The notes beneath the pieces were generated by a model. The model had not been told where the DNA came from. It was given only the letters and a program-made list of their open reading frames with translations, and ran no database searches. Source: Octopus vulgaris (lineage: Eukaryota). From it: a stretch of 64,000 nt of DNA. The stretch is from the NCBI GenBank assembly GCA_951406725.2, contig OX597819.1, forward strand, positions 62,992,001 to 63,056,000. Direction: 5' to 3'. How positions within the stretch are numbered: the first letter of the stretch is position 1; every line of letters begins with the position of its first letter. The translations under genes and the position numbers were made by a program. Below are positions 54,798-64,000 of this stretch, piece after piece.

Positions 54798-54848
54798 AGC
54801 TTCCTGAAGATTTCTCTTGAATGAAACAGTACTAGTCCTGTAGAAGCT
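54798..54848 (+). ncRNA. Type I hammerhead ribozyme (copy 3, sense to the PLE ORF)
   Basis: Stem I AGCTTC/GAAGCT; core CTGAAGA (54804-54810); stem II TTC-TCTT-GAA; GAAA; stem III ACAG/CTGT with loop holding palindrome ACTAGT; GUA cleavage triplet ending at 54842. Confidence 0.82.
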
Positions 54849-54929
54849 CCTTCTATATAATAAATTAATTTTACTCTGCTATGTATTGAGTACCTTACTT
54901 ACTGTGGTTAACCCCGAATCAACCCGGGA

Positions 54930-54966
<37 letters not shown>

Positions 54967-55611
54967 TTAATTATTTTGTTTTAGTTGCTTGCATTTTAAT
55001 TTTACAGTAATGATATACTATAGTTTGCTATTTTTCTTCTACAAGCTTAAATATATTTTCATAGATAAAATAAATATTTATATCTATTTATTCTAGTTTT
55101 ATTTTACACCACGTTTTAAAGGAGATAAATTTATTATAAACAGTAAGTCCTACGTATTAAGTTTAAAGATTTTAGTTAACAGAATATATTTAATAAGATA
55201 TTTTGTGTTTTTGCTTTAAGATATATTGTTGGATTTTTGTTCGATTTTTTATTGAAAAACTACGTATTTTTTTATATATTTATACTTTCTTATTAGATAA
55301 TATACGTGCATTTATTTAATTATTTTATTGTTTTCATCTTGGACCTGATGAGTGACTATTTTTAAATTGAATTGATTTTACTGTTATCAGTTTGAAAATA
55401 TAAGTTATTATTTCGTACTTAATTTAGTTCTAGGTAAATGTTTTATCGTATTTTTAATTTTTTTCTGTATGGTATGATTTAATTATATCATTGTTGAATT
55501 GCTACATGGTGGTTCTTCTCTAATTTCTATATATTATATATTTTGAAATGTGATTTAGCATTACTAAATTGAATTATTCCCCGGTAAGTTTGGAATCATA
55601 TTCCCTAATAT

Positions 55612-55645
<34 letters not shown>

Positions 55646-56574
55646 AATACACACGCATATATAATTACACACACACATACGGTAAATGAAAGACGGAAGA
55701 TGGAATATACGTGAATTTATAATTAAACACGACAACTGTTTCGACGCCTCTAGCACCGATATCTGACGGGTGGGACACTCAACAAATGGTTCAGGAGCAT
55801 ACGGCAGTGCAGATAGGTCTCATTCGGTAATAAATAGATACAACTCGTTAAAATAACAGTTCCGAAATGTATCTTTTCATTATGTAGATAAAAGAGCAAA
55901 GGAAAAAAAAAAAAACGAAGGAAATATCTTCATTCATATAGAAGATCAAAAATAAAATCACAGATGCAATAAATAAGCAAACACGCAATACAGCGAGAAA
56001 AGTATTAAAAATAATCGTTAACAAATATAGATGTATAAACGCCCTCACACAAGCTGCATGGCGCGTGTACATTCGCAACAGTTTAAGGAGTAACCATGTT
56101 CATATTCATTAATGTGGACAAAATGTGATTACGGTATTGAACACTTAAACAAGTTATACAGAACTTTAGCAACTGTCTGTTTGTCTTCTTTGGCACCAAG
56201 CACTTGCAGAAGTGTGGTTTGGTGCACTCACAAATGGAGTTAGATAGTTACTTGGTGTTTAATAGACTGGGGAGGTTAAGACCAAGCTTAATTCATCCAT
56301 ACCTTAAAGTAAATTATGTTAACAGTTACTCAAATTCATCTCCAGTGCATTGTGCGATGGTACATTTATATGCGTGTAGACATCTTGAGAGTCTTTCAGA
56401 AATTCTATTAAAGATATCTTTAAGTCAACAAATAGACAAGGGTTCCTCAGTGTAGAGACGGCATCTTTTGGAAAAGATATTGTATGGTTTCGCGTGCCTT
56501 ACTATGGACCAGGTTATGCTGTATGTAATTTTATCCTCCTTCAGTCACCATACAAAATCGACCAAAGATGTTGA

Positions 56575-56990
56575 ACGTCTCTTATTGATTCTCTTAAAGC
56601 TGGTGACATGGTTACGATAACGATTCTTAAATGAATCAGCCGTCTTCACAATGTCAACATACGGCTCTCCCCTTGTGTGCACGGTTCATTTATATACAAG
56701 ATTTGTACTCATGCAGAGTTTCATTAGTAGGCATTATAATTTTTTTCTGAATGAGCAATTATCATATTTATTTGTATATAAGGCAGTTCCGAATCCATTT
56801 TCCGGCGTAGTTAGCGTGTTCGCTGTATCACAAGCATTTCTATTATTACAATTTGACCGTAATTGGTGTTTTTCATTACAGTTTGCATCTCCTTTGATAG
56901 TATTTAGATGCGTGTGTTTGCTAGATCCAGTAGGTGGAATATTGAAAATTTGTTGCATTTTACTATTGTTTATGCGATGCATAAGCTGCT
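56575..56990 (-). pseudogene. Decayed PLE linker/GIY-YIG relic
   Basis: Minus-strand DNCSFRKKL*CLL..LC.STNLVYK*TV...TADSFKNRYRNHVTSFKR parallels CNC...CPL...CL..DLVYK...TSNSFKTRWYAHTHSFRR. Confidence 0.7.
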
Positions 56991-57199
56991 CTAAATTAGC
57001 AGAGTTAAATTAGTCTGCTATAATGAATCGATAAGCACATGTAAAACATCCAAGGGTATATATATTTTTTAACTCTGAAGATATTATGCCCAAGTCATAT
57101 AAATTTTATGCTTACTTAATATTTACAGAGTATTAATTGAAACAGCTGTAAGGGATGACATACATACATAAACTCATACATGCAGGCACACACAGGCGC

Positions 57200-57238
<39 letters not shown>

Positions 57239-57324
57239 CTTCAGATTTCCAGAATACATAAGACAAAGACAGGTGAGCGAACAAAAAGCAGGTGTATTAT
57301 TTGATCCACGGGACAAATGGAAAA

Positions 57325-57362
57325 GTCTTTGACATTTCAAGCCTACGCTCTTCGACAGAAAT
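57325..57362 (-). ncRNA. Minimal hammerhead-like motif with altered core (CUGUCGA), same family as 18582
   Basis: Minus TTT-CTGTCGA-A-GAGC GTAG GCTT-GAAA-TG-TC-AAA. Confidence 0.5.
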
Positions 57363-57470
57363 GACAAAAATGGTTAGGGATTAAAGGTTCAATATGATAT
57401 GTATATATATCTGTCTGTCTGATATATATATATGTGTATATTTATATACACATATATATGCACACACATG

Positions 57471-57773
<303 letters not shown>

Positions 57774-58279
57774 TATATACATGTATTTATGAGTCTCTTT
57801 CGCTTCAGTTGAAAGAACAAAGAAAAACAAAAGAAACCGTGGAGTAATTAATAATTAGATATTGAACACGGGAGGTTGTATCAATCGTTATCTCGTCTTT
57901 CCTTATTTCCTGTTTCACTTGTTGAAACTGCTGCAATGCAGATGCCTCCATAAATCAAAACTCGTTATTTAGCATGTAGAATGCGCATAGAAGCTTAGAA
58001 ATGTGGAGAGAAGCAACAACGCCAAAATGGAGTTGTGCTATTCTTTACGAGATGCTGGTCAGCAGCCTTTCCCTTCCCCGTTTTTATTTGTTGTGTATAT
58101 AGAAATATATATTATTACGCCAATTGCGTCTAATTAGATTCATGAAAAATCTGAAATTGCCAATGGATTCAAATGTACCAAAATACATCTAAACCTACTT
58201 ATATAGACATATAGGTGGACAGATAGACAGATAAAATGATATATATCTATATATATATATATATATATATATCTATCTA

Positions 58280-58355
<76 letters not shown>

Positions 58356-58365
<10 letters not shown>

Positions 58366-58593
58366 TATATATAGATAGATAGGTAGATTGACAGTAAGAT
58401 ACGTACACATAAAAATATATGTGCAAACATACTAACTAAAACATGTATGTATATATATATATATATATATATGTATATACATACATATATACACATTTAT
58501 ACATACATATGCACACACACACACATATAGAAATATAACATATAAATATATATATATATATAAGTATCATAATTATATAGATAGATATATAGA

Positions 58594-58639
<46 letters not shown>

Positions 58640-58723
58640 TATATATAGATAGATAGGTAGATTGACAGTAAGATACGTACACATAAAAATATATGTGCAA
58701 ACATACTAACTAAAACATGTATG

Positions 58724-58755
<32 letters not shown>

Positions 58756-58870
58756 CATACATATATACACATTTATACATACATATGCACACACACATAT
58801 AGAAATATAACATATAAATATATATATATATATAAGTATCATAATTATATAGATAGATATATAGACGCAT
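58356..58870 (+). repeat. Near-identical tandem duplication, period ~275 bp
   Basis: AGGTAGATTGACAGTAAGATACGTACACATAAAAATATATGTGCAAAC...AAGTATCATAATTATATAGATAGATATATAGACGCAT occurs twice. Confidence 0.9.
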
Positions 58871-58960
58871 TCAAGTGGGACACACGTAAACTCACAAATA
58901 TATATATATCAAGGTATATATATATATGTATACATATATCTATACATAATACATACATAC

Positions 58961-59016
<56 letters not shown>

Positions 59017-59393
59017 TGCACGTATGCTCATATTTACTTATATTGGTGCACAGCATTTCAGCGTTTATATCTACCTCTTATATATGTGGGATTTAGCAAA
59101 TTGATATCTTGCTATGCCGTTTTCTTTGTGCAACTCACATTTACATTATCGATCATTTTTAAGCTTGATTGATTTCTTCCTTTCAATGAAGATCAACACT
59201 TTAAATCCATCTAATCTTCTATCATTTTCTACTTCCTTGTATGTCTTCCGAATCAATTTGCTACGAAATGTCTCAAATAGACGGCTGTTACCATTTCTTT
59301 GGGAAATGTCTATATGTATTTCTTTGGAAAATTGATTCACCCACGTTTGTAAACGGTGAATGGAAGTATATGGACATAACTCTATGAATTACG

Positions 59394-59457
<64 letters not shown>

Positions 59458-60094
59458 GGCTGTCTAGCTCTCTACGTAGCGTGTAAGTGCATATGTAAAT
59501 ATACAAATAATATAGATACATATGTAGATAGTTTCACGTATGCAAAGATGTATATGCATACATTTACATACATATTCGCATAAATACAGAACAAAATGTA
59601 CCATGCACATACAAATAAAGATAAACAATCTTGTGCGTATGCGCGTTACTGTTCGTGCGCATGCTTGTGGGTGTGATGTGGGAATGAGTATTGGCGATTT
59701 ATAGAATGTTGAGCATCCTCATCCGTGCTTTAAGTTCGCTACGTGGACCAATACCGAACCTGTAACTCAATATTCCCAGTGCATATCATCTTCAGGCTGC
59801 TATCAAAAACATGGTTGCGATGATCTTGTATGTGTTATAAGAATGAGAAGAATTATCAGATTTACAGTCCCAAATAAATAGTTCTTATTTAATTTTTATA
59901 TTAAATTTGATCGTCCGGCGCCGATGGCATGGTTTCGAGGCGTGCAACGCTGAAGGGGCAGGTTAGTCAGTCACCAATATACATGTACATAAAACATGTC
60001 TCCTTTTCATCGTCCATTTCCTTTTCCATGATGGATTTCTTCGAAAACGACTGAAGACGCTACCTAACTACCTACTTATATATCTACATACCTG

Positions 60095-60560
60095 CCTACG
60101 TTCGTACGTACGTACCTACCAATTACCTACCTACCTACGTACATACGTACGTACGTACGTACGTACGTACGTACCTACCTACCTACCTACCTACCTACCT
60201 ACCTACCTACCTTCCTACCTACCTACCTACCTACCTACCTACCTATATACCTGCCTGCCTGCCTGCCTACCTACCTATCTACCTGCCTACTTACATTACT
60301 TACATACATACATATTTACATACACACGTGCATGCATACGTAAATAAGTGCATACATGCATGTATGTATTCCATATATATGTACATACATGTATGCATGT
60401 ATGCATACATGTATACATAAATACATTCAGACATACATACACGCATGTATACGCACATACATTCATGCAAACATACATACATGCATGTATACGAACACAC
60501 ATGCATGCAAACATAAATACATACATACATACATACATACATGCATGCTTGCATACATAC
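60095..60560. repeat. Compound (TACG)/(TACC)/(TGCC)/(CATA) repeats
   Basis: Seen directly. Confidence 0.92.
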
Positions 60561-61024
60561 CTATATGTGAAAGAGCAAACACCTCCCTGGATTATTGAGA
60601 ATGTGCTGCTCCTCAACCAGACTACAATTTCAGATTTACGCACGTAATTTTTGGTTGCACTCAAAGCTAGGAAAGGAGAAATATTATTATTTTACAGATT
60701 CAGGTCTTCAGTGTAACTGTGAAAATATCTAAGAATTTTTAAATGTTTAGCATATAAGTAGAGGTGCATACGTTTAGACATGCAATTGTATGTATGAGAA
60801 TGCATGCATAAAAGCAAACATACATATCCGCACGTGCACTGACTGCAAATACTTGCGCAGATTCACAGATACATGCACAACTTAAATGTTGATGTTGTTG
60901 AAATTGCAATGAAGAACCCTTTGAAATTATGTTGGAAAGTGACTGTAAATCCATTGCCAAGAACTCTAGAATTGAAATTTAAATAATTATAATTATATAC
61001 TAACATACACTTACATACATATAT

Positions 61025-61424
61025 AGAAGAAAAACGACCATCGTTGCTTTCAAGACGAAAAGTGTTCTTCCATCAGGATAATTCTCGGCTACATACTCGA
61101 GGATGACATTCCACAGGTTGGTGCAGTTTGAACGGGAAACGATGCCCCATCTTCTATATTCGCCGTACATTGCCCTATCTGATTTTCCTTTATTCCGCAG
61201 TTTTCAAAATCATCTGGCCGGAAAAAATTCTGTAGAAGGGGTCAGAGCAGTACCGGACAAGTGAATTTTGGAAGAGGTTTCTTACATGTCTACCAGATAG
61301 ATGGAAGAGCATTGTAGAAAATGAAGGAAAGTGTATTGTAGATTAAAAAAGAACTTTGTTTATCTTAATTCTGCAAAATAAAAGAAGTATAAATGAACCG
61401 CATTATTTATGGGGTGACCATATA
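61025..61424 (+). pseudogene. mariner (DD34D) transposase relic, C-terminal part plus probable 3' TIR
   Basis: EEKRPSL...KVFFHQDNSRLH, MPHLLYSPYIALSDFPLFRSFQNHL (decayed YSPDLAPSD motif), LPDRWKSIVENEG..IVD-stop. Confidence 0.85.
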
Positions 61425-62154
61425 TATACACACGTTATTGAAGAGTCTGGTATGTAGGCTATTTTGAAGATCAATAGTTAAAGGCCTTCTATATTGCTTT
61501 TATTCTCTTTAAGATTTCAGCATCCGTATCTTTGGCGTATTCACTGTGTACCCTAAGGAAACGTATTCAAAAGTAAAAAATTTGAAATGAGCCTATTCGA
61601 GAACGGAGCGGATTGAACGATGTCATTGCAGAATACCGAAAACACGAATTCCTCCGAGTTGGATATGTCGCGAGGTTCACAAACAATAGGTCGACTCGTG
61701 TTGTTTCCGAGTGGTAGCCAAGAGAGCGGAAAAATGTCACATAACAGACGCCCACGACAATTAATCAAGGAATTAAAGTGTGTGTTCTTGTGTGCAGAAA
61801 AACAAAATGATTGGAAAACAATTGATAATCGATTTTAATTATCTGTACGCGGAGATCTTCACAGTTACGGCAACGATAGCTTAAAGTTATCATTTAAGGA
61901 TCGCATTATCATCTAACGACTGAGCGTCGACATGTTTGGTCAAAGTAACTGGCTAAGCAAACAACTTGAGATGCAACTTTGAATACAATAAACCCTAGCC
62001 ATATTGCGGTTCACCTATCGCGGTTCACCTATCATGGTTTATTATTTAAACTTACGTCGACTCCTCTATGGTGTTGTTCTGCATTTATGATAAAATATAT
62101 ATAAATTATAAAAATAATTAAAAAAATATATATACTGCATAGTTTCTACTTGTG

Positions 62155-62460
62155 GATGCGAAATGGGCCAGTGGTTAGGGCATCGGACTCGCGGTTGGAG
62201 GATCGCAGTTTCGATTCCCAGACCGAGCGTTGTGCGTGTTTATTGAGCGAAAACAGCTGAAATCTCCACTAGGCACCGGCAGTGGGTAGTTACGACCCCT
62301 GTTGTACTCTTTCGCTCCAACTTTCTCTCCCTCCCTCTTCCTGTTTCTTGAGTAACGCTGCGATGGATTGGCGTCCAATCCAGCTGGGGGGAACACATAC
62401 GCCATAGAAACCGGGAAACCGAGCCCATGAGCCTGGCAAGGCTTGGAAAGGGCACATAAA
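62155..62460 (+). mobile_element. tRNA-derived SINE (head type 1, tail type B variant)
   Basis: CCAGTGGTTAGGGCATCGGACTCGCGG...GTTTCGATTCC; GCTGCGATGGATTGGCGTCC; tail GGAAAGGGCACATAAAT. Confidence 0.88.
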
Positions 62461-62606
62461 TAAAAAATAAATCCCTATCCATATTGTGGTTCACCTATCG
62501 TGGTTTATTATTTAAACTTACGTCGATTCCTCTGTGGTGTTGTTTTGCATCTATAATAAAATCTATACAAATTATAAAAATAATAAAAAAAAAAATATAT
62601 ATATAT

Positions 62607-62771
62607 ATAGGCGCAGGAGTGGCTGTGTGGTAAGTAGCTTGCTAACCAACCATATGGTCCGGGTTCAGTCCCACTGCGTGGCATCTTGGGCAAGTGACTT
62701 CTGCTATAGCCCCGGGCCGACCAATGCCTTGTGAGTGGATTTGGTAGACGGAAACTGAAAGAAGCCTGTCG

Positions 62772-62810
<39 letters not shown>

Positions 62811-63025
62811 GTGTGTGTGTGTTTGTGTGTCTGTGTTTGTCCCCCTAGCATTGCTTGACAACCGATGCTGGTGTGTTTACGTCCCCGTCACTTAGCGGTT
62901 CGGCAAAATGGACCGATAGAATAAGTACTGGGCTTACAAAGAATAAGTCCCGGGGTCGATTTGCCCGACTAAAGGCTGTGTTCCAGCATGGCCGCAGTCA
63001 AATGACTGAAACAAGTAAAAGAGAG
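62607..63025 (+). mobile_element. SINE, head type 2, well preserved
   Basis: GGCGCAGGAGTGGCTGTGTGGTAAGTAGCTTGC...GGGTTCAGTCCCACTGCGTGGCATCTTGGGCAAGTG...AAATGACTGAAACAAGTAAAAGAG. Confidence 0.9.
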
Positions 63026-63729
63026 TATAGTACAGTACTGTTTCTACTTCGTGGATTTTCATCAATTTAGGAACGTAACACCCGTGATAATAGAGCGATT
63101 ACTGTATATCAGACCGGGTTGTGAACTATTGCGACACATTTTGCCAAATGTATGCTCGGCCTATAATCGTACACATGCTCGATAGCTAACCATTTATGTG
63201 CTCGAGTGAGGACAAAAGCTATCTGTAGATTTTCAAATGAATTTAGAGAACGTCGTCGACGTATTTTTAGACAAATATATAAAATGTGTTGTAACGGATT
63301 ACCAATTACAAAAGAGCCTAAAATTAAATTAAAGAAAATATAAAGAGATTTGACAATATACAAAAGCTTAATAGGATTATTAATATAAATAATATAGTGG
63401 GAGAAAATAATTGACCCAACACTCAAAAATGAAATTCCTTAAAGCAAAGAACTGTAAAATATTTTCTAGAATGATTTTAATGCGAAACACGTTTTTTTAA
63501 GAAACAGGAAAGGAGAGAAAAGAAAAAAAAAGAAAAGAAAAATAAACAGGAAAAGAAAAGAATTAAAAAACAGAAAAGAAAGAGCTAAGTAGCCATCATT
63601 GAATAAATGTGTTACATTAATACGCAGACAGCAATTATAAAGATATATTCCATTGATACTTATGTTGTGAACGATCGAAAAAAAATTGAGTTATAGTGTT
63701 TTAATATATATACATATACCTACACAGAC

Positions 63730-64000
63730 CATATGTACATACATCAAACAATACACACATACACAGAAATATATATATATATATAAAGATATATATATAT
63801 ATATACATATACATACATATATATATACATACATATATATATATATACATACATACATATATATATATACATACATACATATATACATACATACATACAT
63901 ACATATATATATACATACATACATACATATATATATACATACATATATATATACATACATAAATATATATATACATACATACATATATATATATATACAT
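63730..64000. repeat. (TA)/(CATA) microsatellite running off the window end
   Basis: Seen directly. Confidence 0.97.

Larger units (their letters stand above)
47266..54935 (+). mobile_element. Penelope-like element: 5'-truncated copy (50624-54935) preceded by an inverted 3.36-kb partial copy (47266-50623)
   Basis: 47266-50623 is the reverse complement of 51490-54865 apart from microsatellite length changes and a few small differences; unique 866-bp centre encodes RT; both outer ends abut (TA)n; no TSD seen. Confidence 0.93.
61984..63107. mobile_element. Tigger/pogo-like MITE split by two nested SINEs
   Basis: Starts TACAATAAACCCT.GCCATATTGCGGTTCACCTATCGCGG and ends GATAATAGAGCGATTACTGTA; the internal block is repeated at 62470-62600. 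Confidence 0.55.

Noticed and set aside
55345-55400. CTGATGA...GAAA as a hammerhead; similar CTGATGA hits at 12511 and 2355-2361 (minus)
   Set aside because: No consistent stems I, II and III could be formed
56734-56982. Asn-rich 82-aa ORF as a host exon
   Set aside because: It runs into decayed GIY-YIG motifs and is better explained as the linker of a PLE relic

Overview
Eukaryotic, very AT-rich, microsatellite-saturated DNA. The SINE families and repeat landscape suggest a cephalopod (Octopus-like) genome; this is inference. No host protein-coding gene can be called, and nearly all ORFs in the track are translations of (TA/CA/TG)n repeats. The real content is mobile DNA. (1) A 7.6-kb Penelope-like retroelement (PLE) locus at 47266-54935: a 5'-truncated RT plus C-terminal GIY-YIG ORF between two ~3.36-kb inverted arms, each ending in a fully foldable type I hammerhead ribozyme. 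A third copy of this end (6034-6939) is fused to a CR1 endonuclease fragment capped by a perfect 64-bp palindrome. (2) A young CR1-type LINE RT fragment with an inverted 76-bp copy of its 3' end. (3) Two divergent ORF1/Gag-only retroelements in tandem; one is flanked by a 17-bp direct repeat and shares its 3' tail with a SINE family. (4) Several small fold-back elements carrying hammerhead or half-hammerhead motifs with non-canonical cores, including a U3-A8 covariant. (5) Two older PLE relics, mariner and maT-type transposase relics, non-autonomous Helitron-like elements, MITEs and many tRNA-derived SINEs with swapped tails. Coordinates of degenerate elements are approximate because they were read by eye.
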